The translations under genes and the position numbers were made by a program. DNA of 64,000 bases from Octopus vulgaris (taxonomy: Eukaryota). The DNA is taken from NCBI GenBank assembly GCA_951406725.2, contig OX597818.1, positions 146,010,001 through 146,074,000 on the forward strand. Reading direction: 5' to 3'. This document shows positions 1-13,828 of the stretch, one piece after another. Position 1 is the first letter of the stretch, and each line of letters opens with the position of its first letter. Below the pieces are notes generated by a model. It was given only the letters and a program-made list of their open reading frames with translations, made no database searches and had not been told where the DNA came from.

Positions 1-762
1 AATGATACAACACTAATAAAGTATTTCTTTGTCTATCACCACACAAATATTCTTTTGCTTATATGTTCATTCTTTTTAAGTTCACATATCAATATTAATT
101 AAAATGCTTAAAAATAATCATTTCAAATTTCTTATTTTAAGACTGTTGTAGTTTGCTTGAAGCATTGTAATATTGAAGAAGGTAAAAATAGAGACAATAG
201 AAAGCTTCTGACAATGCAGAAAATTTAACCTGCATAAACAGACATATCCCAGACTGTTTTCCTTCTGAAGATGGGCTTTTGCACCTGAAATATAAAGGTC
301 TTATAAAACTTTCCACTCTGTCAGAAGCTTTCTATTTTCTCTTTTTATCTCCTTCTAATTTTAGTTTTCAGTTTATCCATTTTTACACATAAAAAATTTT
401 TTCTTATTATTTTTATACCCAAATATGGGCATAGAGAAAAATAGATTATATATTTCAAATATTTGAAAGTATATGCTTTAATGAGCTGATTGCAGGTTTT
501 ACAGCCTCCCATTTGGTGCTTTGCAATTCTGAGTTCAAATCCTATGAAGGCTGACTTATGCTGTTCATCTGTTTGCAAGATATCAGTGACATATTGGAAT
601 TAAAGGTATCAGACAGTACCCTTTATTCTTTATGTTAGCTTCACCTTGCATCAGAAAAAAAACAATCATTTACATCAGTATTAATTAAAGCTCATTAGAA
701 CAGAAATAAATGATTGAATGGCTCTTTTATGGTTCCCAGAAATTCAAGTTCCAGTTACTTAA

Positions 763-982
763 CCCTTTCGTTACTGTATTTATTTTGAGATGCTCTCTGC
801 TTCTTTCAATTACTTTAAATATAACAAAGAATTTAGTAAAATAACTTCGTTATCATTCAGCTAGTGTTAGGAACATAAATTGTGACTAAGGTTTGGTGGA
901 AGATTTTAATTCAAAACTTATGAAAAGAAGACATTTGTACTCAGAACCAGAGCCAGTTTCAGCCAGGCTGGTAATGAAAGGG
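763..982 (+). mobile_element. piggyBac-type MITE (family A)
   Basis: TTAA|CCCTTTCGTTAC...GTAATGAAAGGG|TTAA: terminal inverted repeats with TTAA target duplication. A second copy lies in reverse at 27709-27922. Confidence 0.8.
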
Positions 983-1738
983 TTAATCAAAAGAATTGTT
1001 TGTACATTGTATTTATAGGAGCTTCCACTAGTCAAGGCTGACCATATATCTCCAAATGTGTGTATAGGCAAGGGCATGATTTTTTTGTGGAAGATTAGCA
1101 GTTGCTCAAGCATGCAAATCTCCTTTCTCCACACAAAAGATGTTTATCTAAGAGAAAGACTGCTGACTTGAGCTAATGCAGCTTAGCACCAGTATCGTCA
1201 CAGGTATTGCTATCAGTTTCTGAACTGCATGCACATACAGAGGCTGGCCTGAAAGGATGAGCAACATAAGTGCCCACTGACATAAAATGAAAACCATATC
1301 ATGCAGTCTAGTTGGTGCGCCAGCAGCTTGGAGTAACACAAGATTACAATAGAGCAGCAGTTTCAACATGGAACCATATTTCAAACAAGATGCAAATTAC
1401 TCTGCCAGGCTTGGCTGATGCACAGTCATCAAGACCAAATTTTCAGAAGTTTCAAATTGCAAGCTAATTTGAGTCATTCTACAACTTTAACTTGAACTGC
1501 AACATGGAACCATACTTTTATTGGGGCAGCAGTAACAGCAACATACACAATCAATGATTAAGCTAAAATGTATAAATGTTGAAAGGAATTGTTATTTTTT
1601 TTAAATGTAGGGAAAATATATAAGAAATGTTACTAAATAGGGATTTGCATCATTCCATCCATACAAGCTTATAATCAATGATTCATCAATAGTAGATAAA
1701 ACAGGAAATTGCTAAAAAGTCACATGGACTATCCATTC

Positions 1739-1776
<38 letters not shown>

Positions 1777-1819
1777 TGGGTGTGTGTTTATTATTATGTG
1801 CACTTATTAATGAATTATT

Positions 1820-2133
1820 TTATTTTATTTATGCGCCCTTTTCAAACCTAGCCAGGCTCTTGGGCCCGGTTTCCCGGTTTCTGTGGCATATGTGTTCCTC
1901 CGAGCTGGACGGGACACCAGTCCATCACTGCATTACTCAAGAAACAGGAAGAAAGAGTGGAAGAAAGTTGGGGTGAAAGAGTACAACAGGGGTCACCACC
2001 ACCACCTCCCGGAGCTTCGGGGAGCTTTAGGTGTTTTTGCTCAGTAAACACACACAACACCCGGTCTGGGAATCGAAACCGCGATACTCTGACCGCGAGT
2101 CCACGCCCTAACCACTGGGCCATTGCACATCCA
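1820..2133 (-). mobile_element. tRNA-derived SINE
   Basis: Minus strand begins ...TGGCCCAGTGGTTAGGGCG...GGTTTCGATTCCC (Pol III A and B boxes) and ends in an A-rich tail near 1810-1830; flanked by CA/TG microsatellites. Confidence 0.75.
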
Positions 2134-2144
2134 CATTAATGAAT

Positions 2145-2177
<33 letters not shown>

Positions 2178-2397
2178 ATAGTTTTTTCTGGGGGAAACTT
2201 CAGTTGCAAGACAAACTCTCAGCTTTAGTTTAGAAAAAAATCCATTACATGTATTGAGTACTCCTCTCTCATTTGTTCAATATAAAGCAACGGATTGGCC
2301 AAGTATCTCTCACTGCAGTCACAGGTCAATCAATATCTTCTGAGTGAATTTGGTGGACAAAAATTGCATGAAGTGCATTATGCAAGCATGCACATGT

Positions 2398-2437
<40 letters not shown>

Positions 2438-3689
2438 ATGTGCACACACATGCATGAATGTTTACATACTGCCTGCTTTGCATGAAAAAGGTAAGAATCA
2501 GTGGTAGAAAGGGCATTTGACTGTAAAACAATGCCTCAATAATATCTATCTAACCCATGCTAGCATAGAAAATGGTTGAAAAATAAATGATGTGCGCACA
2601 CACACACACACACACACACACACTGATAAATAGATTTCACTCCATTCACCTGTGTTCTATCCACAGCATGCTGTTGCCAAGTCAGCTATATTGATTGCAG
2701 GCCTACCTGCAAGGTGGATGGGGTTTTTCCATGACTGGGTGATTAACTCTGGTTTTTGGCACCTGAATGGAATTTTAACTTAGAATGTAGAGAGATGGAG
2801 CAGACACCATACAAAATCTCATTCAATACTCTAACAATTGCAGAAAACCTACTGTCCCAGACTGGTATTTTATCAAGCTCAAAGGGATTACAGGTGAAAA
2901 TGAACCCAGTGGGATCTGAATTCGGAATACAGAGAGCTGGAATATTGGAAGACATTCTATCCATTTTCTTTTCTATCTACCATTCTAATGACTGCAAATT
3001 ACACACTCACATACATACGGTAAGAAACTCACTTCCAAATCACTTGGTCTTGAGTTCAAACCCACAGAATGAATACCATCAGATCCATACAAGCATGGAA
3101 AAGTAGATGTTAAATGATAATTTTGTGTGTGTATATATATATATACACACACACACATATATGGTTCTGGATTCACTGCCATCCAGTGCACCTCCAGTGC
3201 ACAATGGGCATGATTCATAAGTTAATACACAAATCATGGTCTTCTCTTCCTTTATCTCCACCATTCTCAGAGGCTCAACAAAAGGGCCATGAGCACTGTC
3301 ATTCCTTCTTAGACTAACCTATTAAAAAAATTTACTATCTTTAATTTCATGTTGTTTCGAAGATGATAAACTTCCAATTAAGACACTGATATACAAAGGA
3401 TGATATACAAAGACATCTATTCCCAATAGCTTAGACAGTAATCTGTCATAAGTAATAGACCTAAGATTATCTGCTAACTATTCTCACCAAGTGAGAATTT
3501 AGTCCATCACTAGTAACACATCCAGATTATATGCTACCTATTCTCAATAGCTAAGTGAACAGAAGAAATATAGAACTAAACACACATCTGCTGCAAGAAC
3601 AAGGGAGATGCTTTAGAAATGAGTCACTATAAAGGCATCAAACTCAAGGGCCAACTCACAAAAGCAACAGAGAAAGAGGGTTATAATGC

Positions 3690-4790
3690 AGCTTATCAGG
3701 TAAAAAATTACATTGAGGAGATGCAGTGTGAGTTTGCACCAGGATGATGTATCACCAATGCCCTCTTTTTAGTGAGACAGCTACAGAACTTCTTAGTCAA
3801 GAGCACTGTACCTAACACCCACTGCCCTGAGAAAAGTTTGACAGAATATCATGTAGGCAGGTAGTTTCTCACAAAACTGGGTGTAGATGAATGGCTTATG
3901 AGAGCATTGCAAGTTTTGTAAAGGAGGTACTGAGAGACTTAGCAAAGAGTTTGGTGAGAAATTTAACATGAACATAGCTGTCTATCAGCACTTGGTTCCC
4001 AGTTATCTCATAGCATAGTGGGAATTCCTACATACTCACAGTATGGTTCTTATAGCTGAATCAGTCAAAGAATTAACAGTAAAATTCCAAACATAGAATC
4101 AGAGCTCGGAATCAAGGGGCCTAAAAGACAATCTAACAAAGACACACAGAACTTTTCTGTGATCTTAAGAAGTGACTAGTTTCAATATACAAAAAAAGAG
4201 TAGGTAGAAACCTTCTACTGATTACCTAGCATAAATTAATGTGTGATCTTAAGCAAGTTGACAGAGGAGGACTCTGTATGTGATAGACACGTAAGAGTAT
4301 GTAGCAGTAAGAGCAACCATGAAATGCTATTTTTTAACTACCAAAAGGATGTCTAAAGGTGCATGACAGCTTCTGTTATCTAATCTAAAACCATAGTAAA
4401 TAGAGATAGGATGGGGTGAAAAAGTTCAAGGAAATATCAATTCAGCTGGCAATAAAGGGTCTCTTTTTTGGAGTTGAATGGTAGAATGTATGATGTTGTG
4501 TGCAAAGTGCAATGTTGTAAGACATGTTGTATAGTAGTGAGACATGAGTACTGAGTGTGGAGGATGTACGAAGGCTGAAAAGAAAAGAGAATTCTTGACT
4601 GGATGTATAATGTTAGCATGTATGAATAATGGAGCAGAGATAAGCTGATAAAGAAAATGGGAATCAGAGGAATCAGTTTGAGTGGTGCAGATCTTGCCTA
4701 CAGATCTGTACCAGTACATGCCAAAACACAAGTGTTGCATATGAAGGACGAAAAAGAGCCAAAAGGCAAAATGGGAAGGTGCTTTCAGTA
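3690..4790 (+). mobile_element. Highly decayed RTE-clade LINE (RT and C-terminal region)
   Basis: Remnants of EMQ(F)GF..G..TTDAIFLVRQLQ near 3715-3790 and of SAML..SETW...RRLE...WM(C)NVS...LR(E)K(L)GI near 4500-4720; many stops and frameshifts. Confidence 0.6.
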
Positions 4791-5044
4791 GAGAAAGTCT
4801 GACGAAGACATATAAGGATCACACATAAAGGTTTACTTGTTAGTCTTTTGTTAGATTCCATGTTTATGCAGTGAAACACTGATTGTAAATACTTCAGGGC
4901 AATTTGCTTTTAACACAGGAACCTGATCTGGCAAAGACCTACCAATCTGAGGTAATTCATTAATGGATTTTCTTTTCTTTACCTGACTGTATTATTATAA
5001 GAGTGCCAAGGATGGTGGTATAGATGTTTACTGCTTGAAGGAAT

Positions 5045-5405
5045 TCTTATACTTGTTTCAGTCATTTGACTGTGGCCATGCTGGAGCACCACCTTAAAGG
5101 GTTTTAGTCAAACAAATCTATTCCAGGACTTTTTTTTAAAGCTGAATACTTATTCTATCAGTCTTTTTTTTTTTTTACCAACCTGCTACATTATGGAGAT
5201 GTAAACACAACACCAGTTGTCAAGCAGTGCTGGGGGAACTAACACAAAGACACACAACTGGCTTCTTTCAGTTTCTGTCTACCAAATCAACTCAAATGCT
5301 CCAAGGCTATAGAAAACACTTGCCCAAGGTGCTGCGCAGTGGAATTGAACCCGGGACCATGTGGTTGGGAAGCAAGCTTCTTACCACACAGCCATGCCTG
5401 CACCT
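5045..5405 (-). mobile_element. tRNA-head/CORE-like SINE with LINE-derived 3' tail
   Basis: Minus-strand head GGCTGTGTGGTAAGAAGCTTGCTTCCCAACC...GGGTTCAATTCC...CCTTGGGCAAGTG and tail ...GGTGCTCCAGCATGGCCACAGTCAAATGACTGAAAC. Related copies at 13372-13645, 27990-28130, 32477-32630, 43138-43490 and 55120-55240. Confidence 0.75.
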
Positions 5406-8400
5406 ATGATATTACTATGTATTAATATCTGGAATTTTGATACATTCTTTCTTTCTTTCTTTTTTTTTTCTTTAATGTTCATCCCTAATCCTCCTACCTT
5501 ACTTTCTGTATTTAGTTGTCCTAACATAGTCTGAAGTATGACCCGGATCTTCTGACACAAGTTCTATGACATTTCGGGGAATCAAAAGAGTTATTCAGTT
5601 GAATTAAATCACTTATACACAAATTAATTAGTGCAATTTGTATGTATTGTAAACAATACACACAAACAACATTGTTAAAATATCAAAGTTCCAGTGAGAA
5701 ACTATTAACATACAAGAGATGTGCATTCAATTTCAAGAAGTTGATAATTGTTTTTGACAAATATATATAAATATTGGGTATATATATATATCTTCTCTAA
5801 GAGACATATATTAAAAGAAGGCACACCAATACCTAGTGCACTTATTACACTATTACAGTCAAGCAATGAATTCCATTCTTCTATGTTCCTTCATATATAA
5901 CCCGATGATTACCCCTACCTTCCCTTATCCTCTGACGATAGCTTTTGGGGTTTTGCTGAAAGCTTAGCTTATCCTATCTGAGACACTCAGCTTCTGAACA
6001 CACCGTTTCCCCACTGGAATAGGTTGTTAGAAAGTGCAAGCGACACATAAAAATCGGTTAAAAGGCTTTCCCAGACCTGCATTAATGAACAGCTGTAGTC
6101 CATTCATGGTACTATAAAAAAAAAAGACTGCTGACCAAACATTTTGATTCCTATTTAGTAAAGGGCGGATATAAAATCATTATAAAATCAGGCCCGACAC
6201 AAACTACACCACTGGTTGCCCACTTGATATAAATAACAGCCAAATCTTCATCAAACACCAGCACAGTTTGAAAGTATTGTCCGCAAACACACAACTCTGT
6301 CTAACTAATATACTAGAATACTTTGAACTTCAGTTTGCACAATTAGGGTTGGGATGATTAACAACGTGAATTACAAAACATTTCTATGAAACTTTAGTTT
6401 TACAGGGTTTTCATTTGTTTAAGCAAATTTTAATTCAGAACTGGGTTAATCAAGACTTCTCACTAAATAATAAAAACTCGATTCACACGATACAAGTGAA
6501 AAAAAACAAAACATTTAAACAACTTTTATAAGTGTCAATCACAAAATTTACAACGCCCCAGTTAAAAATAGTTTGAAGTAGATGACACTTCCCTATCATA
6601 TTCCTATAGTTGACGACAAGCTCTTTCAATATATATATCTATATATGGATATATATATATATACTACTACTACTACTACTATTCCATATAGAAGCAACAG
6701 AAAAAAAAAAGACAAAGGAATATAAATTAATGTCTCTGTACGTGTGGGAGTGTTTAAGCGTGTGTAGAGCAGCATTTTGAAAAGAGATATATACAACATA
6801 ACACAGATAAACAGGTGTAAACAAGATCGGATAAAAAAAAACCGAATCCTAAGAGATTGGCAGCGGTTTACGTAAATGTTATCAGGTCTGTAGGTCGTCA
6901 GTAAAACTCGGCAACTGATTATGCGTTTTTTATTGCAATTAACATTAGGAAATAACTAGAATTATTTAATAAGCTTAATCCTATTTCCTAATTTATGCCA
7001 TCCTCACTAAAATTCTGTTACAAATGATATATTCCGGCCTATTTTGATAACAGCAATAAAGAAATGACCAAACACACACTCCTTTAATACAATCTCAAAC
7101 AAAAGTTTCCTTGTGTTATTTCTAGTCCCCGCACCCCCCCCCCCCATTTCCGAAATAGTTTCACAGAGAAGTTATTTATCACCGATCGGAATGTGGCATA
7201 ATTTAATTTCGTTTCATTCAGCTTTGAATTCAAATTTCGCCAAAATTTCAGGGTTGGCAAAAATGCATAAAAATAAAAATGAACATATATATATACTCTT
7301 GACGAAGCTCAGGAGGAGACTATGGAACCACTGTCTAATTCTTTTACCCAATAAGATGCCAATCTATAACAACTAACCGTGAATTGCTTGAAAACTACGT
7401 TCATACTAGACAGGCAAACTGAGGCAAGTAGAATAAAGTGCCATGTTCAGAGAGAAAAAGGGAATATCCAAAGTGGTTTTGAACCTATGAATCATGATCT
7501 GGCAGTCCACGGCACGCCCATTTGGTTATTTCATGTTTTTGAGAATATTAACCATTAAGATATCATCTATTCAAAAGATGTCATTTATGAGATGGTAGGG
7601 ATCATAGGACTATAATTAGAAATGAGTCGAACCGATTCTGAACACGGTTTTGAGCCATAAGTGAATCCGTTTTGCTTCACATAAATGACAAATGACAGGG
7701 AAAGGTAAGTGTGAAGTTCACACAAGTTCACACAACACCCCGAAAGTGACATGTTCTATGTCAACGGTTAGAAAACATATGAAAAACACACAGGTGACGT
7801 TCATAGCTGACCAATAACTATCACACAATCATATGTTAACACATATAAATATAAAATTCGTTGTTAGGTAAAGAGGTGGGGATCAATAATTCGTTCATTA
7901 AATTCATAGCAAGCGATATGTTTAAAACATAAAATGATAAAGTAATTACTGTTTAGCCCGAGGTCAGCCTTGATCAAGTAGACCTGTGATCAGGAGGTTT
8001 CGACCATTATCAACCACCCATTCATTCAGACAATGCCTATAGGATTATATTATCCAATTTTTAAAAGATGGTATGGTGTGATTTGAGGATGTTTTGCCTG
8101 CTATTTCTAGCAACTGGAGCGACTGCTTCTAGTAAAGCTAATCTAAATTTGTTTATCATATATACTAATAAAACTTTATATCTAAATGCCTCGAAACCCG
8201 TGTGTGTGTGTATTTATATATATATATGATCACATATGGCTTGTGTGTGTGTGTGTGTGTATGTAAATATATTTATACATGTATATATATTATACGATGT
8301 CTAAAAGTCTCTTCATTCCGCACTAAATTGTTTATGGGGACGTTATTAAAGATTCGAACCTAAAACATTCCTAATAAATATTTAAATTACATGTTTATTT

Positions 8401-9028
8401 ACATGCTTGGATTGTCGACAAGTATCGACGCCTCTGCGGTAATTCGACCTACAAAGACTAGCAACAAAATATCACTCGAGCCATACCCGAACGTCTTAAC
8501 GATGTGTCGGCGGACACTTGTATTTTCTTATGTACAAAATTTAGGGATAGGCATAGCTGGAACGCCTTTGATCATAGTCATGTTCAATCAGAAACAACTA
8601 AATTTAATTTAATAAAAATTAATAAATTTAATAAAAAAATTAGCTACGTGGTAGCTTGAGAAGGAATTATCTGAAGTTTTGATCGGAGCCTTTCACTACT
8701 ATCTACACATCTACATGTTTCTGGAGTTACAAAAAGTGAGACCCCCAGACTGTAGGCGTTATCTATAAGTACACACGGCTGGCAAAGTAGACGATTCTGT
8801 GAGAAAGAGTATCAGTCAAACAGGATGTATGAATAAAAAGAGAAAGTATCACATGCTTGGTTTGGTAATAAACGGGATGCAAATTAGCTGTGTTAAATAG
8901 TGATACACATCTGTAGTCGACTGGCCAGGCAGTTCGGATCACGCAATCGTGAACAAAAGGCGTTCCAGTCGTGACCATCCAGTCAGTTTGGATACAAAAG
9001 ACTACACTGTCCAACTTCTCTTTCCTTT

Positions 9029-9093
<65 letters not shown>

Positions 9094-9420
9094 TGAGATT
9101 TGGTGGTTACATGAAGCAGGATAAGCGGTAGTGATTTCCTTAGATAAATATAAGGGTGCACTGAAGCACTTCGGTGGGCGTAAACAACATGAAATAAATG
9201 TAATACGTGAAATCGGTAGTTTTTGTTAATAAACATTACAGTAAATCAAGAATATAAATAAAGACATGTAAATGAAAATGGTTCTGTAACTTATTTTCTA
9301 CGGTAAAATCCGAAAATATATCCATGCAGCTTGTTTTAAAAAGGGAAAGAAAGAAAACAAGTGTCGGTCCAGGTAGACAGAAAGACAGGAACGATCGGTA
9401 GAAATAAAGAAAATACTAAC

Positions 9421-9445
9421 CTGATATTCCAGTTTGATGTGACAT
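9421..9445 (-). CDS. twf: Twinfilin (actin-monomer-binding ADF-H protein), first coding exon
   Basis: Minus strand reads ATG TCA CAT CAA ACT GGA ATA TCA G then GTTAGT donor = MSHQTGIS, matching the conserved twinfilin N-terminus MSHQTGI. A 25-nt phase-1 first coding exon also matches vertebrate TWF genes as recalled. No exon 2 recognised in 1-9420, so intron 1 probably exceeds 9.4 kb. Confidence 0.8.
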
Positions 9446-12400
9446 TTTGCTTTAAGTTATGGTGAATAGAGAAAGAAAAAACTAAACTAAAGCCAACAAT
9501 TGAAATTTAGAATGTTTTCGCGCTAATCTAAGAATGTTTCATCTGATTTGTAGAGACAACTAACTCCAAAACACCGTCTGTGGAGGGGGACAAGTGCACG
9601 TTTACACTAAATGGCTCTGAATTAGAAGAAGGGAAGGAGGTAGAAATTGGCGCTGTTTTAGAGTTATTTCCCCTTCATTTTGACTTTCACCTTCTGAGGT
9701 CACTGCTGTAACACGAGCTGCTAATTAGCTTCTTTTAATCTGGTCTTCTCGAGTCCCGACGAGCAAGACTTACTTCCAAAGCATCTTGCTACTTGTTATG
9801 CGAGTTATTTTTAGTTTGTGTCTCATGTTTCACCTAATCAAAAGATACAGATGAAATATTTTCTTTCACTTGCAGCTGAAAGAATCTATTTTCTGATTAA
9901 CTAATTGTGAGCAGGCAGCTGAAACGATAGGGTACATGACAACCCAACGGAAAGCTGTGTTTCTTTGAAAAGGCTCAATAGAAAATCTGCTGTGAACCCT
10001 TAAGGCGACTTCTTTCTCAAGTGATCCCATGATCAACAAAGCTAAGCGCAAATGTCATCTTTTGGACCGAGAAAGGGCCTAGGCTTCCCAGTTTGAACTG
10101 GAGCCCCTGAAGTAATTTTTGCCAATGAAAAAGTAGGAGTTTTCAGTTTCTGCCCTTTCTGATCTAAGTTCAGATCCCTCTAGGGTCGATAAAATTTGAT
10201 ATCAGTAAAGTATAAGGGCTGTTTATATTCTTATAATGCATTCTAGGTGTGAATGGATTTGTGACATCACTTCTTGTTATTTTTGCCAGCCCTTGATATA
10301 TTGATGTATGATACTATTTTTATTTTTCAGACTTACGTTAAAAAAATAAACATGTCATTAAAGAAAATATAACTCGTTGTTGAAAAGTATGTCAAAATTT
10401 AGTTGGAGGTATTAAAATATATTTTAACGACACCAGTGAAAATAAATGATTTAATCTTGTAAAAGTCTTCTTGCAACACTTGCTGTTTTAGTTGTTTTAG
10501 TTGTAGATTCTGACAAAATACGTTGAAGTTAATTCTGCTATTATTATGACTATAAATTATAATATACTAGTTATAATTAGATTGCTACTACATAACTCCT
10601 GGGATTAAATCTTACAAAGATACTGAGAACATTTAACTAAGCTTCTGCTGATATTGGCGCGTTAACTAAAGTTTACGTTAAGTTGTTTTCTTTTCCAGCA
10701 TCTGTTCTGCTAGCATAGCTAGAAAGATATTTGGAAATGATCCAAATATACTGTTTGCAAACACGCTATAATGGATATTCAGGAGAGCTTGCTTGTTGCT
10801 CTCTAAATCCATTTCCTCAAACGAATTGCTGGCGGTTGCTATGCATTGTTAAAGGTGCTGGGTTTGCAGAGATCGCATTATATATATTTTTTTCTCTTTT
10901 TACATTCTGAATTTAAATTCCATCGACAAAATGAGTAATCTGGAGTCCAACCTACACACCTCACACCAAACATGTACTAACTTATTAAATAGAGACTTCA
11001 ACAATACTTTCCAGTGGAGCCATGTCAATCTTGGCTTTTTTAACAGCGCAAATACACAATCGCTACATGTATTGCGTAAACAATATCATACCCCCATGCA
11101 CATGAACAACATTATAAAGCTCGCACAAATGTTAGGTCTCACTACTACAAAGGATCTCGTGGTATATCACAGTCTCAGACTGAATCACAAAACTGACTCT
11201 CCTCTTCGTGGCCAGTAAATCCTTTTGCTCTTAGTGCATACTAACACTCTATAAAACTCAAACCCGATCCTGTAATGGAACACTGTCTACGTATGGGACA
11301 GTGTTAATACTCTGTATAGAGAGATATTGTTGGCTACATCAAAACAGCACCGTCACCTCTGATTCATTGTCATGTGGTTGCTCACCGACACATTCCAACC
11401 TCTGATTCACAGATGTGCAGTCTTTTCGCTTTATCACATCTGCTGCTGTTTATGAAATAGTTTTTTTCATCTCCGAGCCGTCTGGTTTTGTATCACCTCT
11501 ACACAGGTCCAAACGACCCACTTTCTTCCCTACTCTTCACCTTTATTTTGATATTGCTCTAACCACTGTATCAAGTCTTTCCTGTTCAGAACGCGGTTGA
11601 TGTTCTTGAACAACCGCAAGTTGACAGCTCCAGGATAAACATGGACAAGGAAGCCTTGTAAAAAACCGTGACGCAATGTCTTCTTCCTGACCAACACATT
11701 AAAAAAATCCCATCGGCTGTACTCTTCCAAAATTTTGCCTTGTCTATAAATAGGAAAACTATTTACTATGCAGTGTGAGATTGACGTGGTGGAGAGGATT
11801 AAGTACTGAATACCCAGCTCACGGTATTCTTTAAGGAACAAAACTCCTGTGTTGAAGCATCTTCAGAACTTCATGAATATCTACATAAGGTAATGGGGAA
11901 CCATTCTTCAGAACTTCATAAGGTAGATATTGGTAATGAATATTATCAATTGAATCGATTTCATTATAATATTTATTTTATCGATTTGGAGGAGGAAATG
12001 GCAAAAATTAGTGTTGCTTATTTTGGACGTAGAAGAATCGATCTGAGCCAAGAAAGGCTTTTATTCTGGCACCCTATCATATATGCTACCGCATAGGGAT
12101 ATATTAATTTCAAATGTTAACACAAGGCCACCAGTTTTGGAGGAGCACAAGAATCGATTAAATCACACCTTATATTCTGTGAGCACTTATTTTAAAGAAC
12201 TCAGTAGAATAGAAAGGAACGTTACTCCTGAGAAGATTTCAAATCAGAACATAGAAATGTAACTAAATACGCCAAAACAACTTATTCTTCTAATCTCTGC
12301 CCATTATTTTGCGCAATTTGTTTTCGGTATGACTATAAACTACAGACGGTTGTGAGGCCTAGTTCAGGAGTTTCATGGTTTGAAGTGTGTGGAACTACCT

Positions 12401-13828
12401 TTTAGACACTATTGCTCCCAGATCTACTCTGACCTGATGTAGTAGTGCCTGTCGGGGTTCCGCTATAGATTAATTAGCATATTAGGTCTTACTCACCTAC
12501 TGCTTACCTATGTAAGTGAAGACCGGATCGGGCAAATTCTTCCGAAGAAGACTTCATGGTTCAGCAGAGGAGAAGGCAGCTGCACTATGGAGTGCCAAGT
12601 GCAAGATGCAGAAAGAAAAGCATTTTTAAAAATTTGTTATTCGAACTTTGAATTGTCAGACTAGATCGATACATCGACTGCAAGAAAAGTAGATACAAAC
12701 AAATAGATGAACTGAACTGAAATGACATGAAAATAATCTTGGTTGGCAAACAACTTAGACTGATCTTTGTTATTGAAAACTCTAATGATGGTGGCGGTGA
12801 GTGGATGATGAAAAGTATATATATTTTTATTGGACTTAACGCATGCATACAATATAAAAGTTTGCCTCGATCTTACAGGCTCATGGGGCCGTGAATTATC
12901 TAGATTTTTAGGGCGTTTAAGCCTCAGGGAATACAAGAGTCCACTATTCCCTAAACGTTGTTGCATTAATTCCCCGCTGCCGCTGCTGGTACTGAATTCT
13001 GTAGAGTTGATAGAAGCAGGGTGCAGTGAGATACCTTGATGACGCACCGTCCAGCCTGAGAATCGGACCCAAGTTCTAACAATCATGAGCCAATACCCAA
13101 AACACTAAGCTACGCGTTCTCGGTGTGTGGTCATGGGAAAATACTTGTCTGCTAGAACAATTGAGATAAAGCTTCTTGAGAGTTGTGGTAGGTATTATAG
13201 TTATTTTCTCCAGTTACACTAAAACCATTACGTATTATTCTCCTTCGAAGTAAGTTATCAATTGTTTGCCACAAATAAGCGAATAATGCAATCAGTTACT
13301 TGACCTTTATGCAAAAACTGGTTTTAGGATACTCACCTGATCTCGTTTCTGCATAAAAATCATATTTCTTTTATCTTTTACTTATTTTATTCATTAGACT
13401 GCTGCCCTACTGGGACACTGCTTTGAGAAATTTTTAGTCGAATGAATCGACCTCAGTACTTATTTTTTAGGTCTGGTACTTATTCTATCGTTCTTTTTTG
13501 CCGAAACACTAAGTCACGGGGACGTAAACACACGGTGGTGGTGGTGGGTACAAACACAAAGGTACACATAGAGACACACACACATACACATATATATATA
13601 CATAAATGTGTATGTGGGAAGCAATGCGGTTGGGAAGCAAGCTTTTTATCTATAGCTATAGGCTATTTTCTTCCGTTTCTCCAGATTTTCTTTTCTTTTT
13701 GAAGCCTGATGGTCAGTAGAGTTAAAAGCTAACTGTAATGTCTCCGGGTCCTTTTGCATCATATTCAGTGGCACTCTATTGTATACCTTGGTTCTTGTGG
13801 CCTGAGACGTAAGTAATATGTATGAACT

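Noticed and set aside
2060-2133. tRNA-like sequences (also ~5330-5400, 13040-13120, 33705-33770, 34095-34150)
   Set aside because: A/B boxes run into SINE bodies and lack a full cloverleaf; these are SINE heads.
1-9420. Search for twinfilin exon 2 onward, including a VFARS-like stretch near 4920-4940
   Set aside because: No segment with twinfilin-like sequence and proper splice sites was found; the 4920 stretch looks like a decayed SINE.
11530-11841. 103-aa minus-strand ORF
   Set aside because: No recognisable motif or convincing splice context; probably chance or a decayed repeat.
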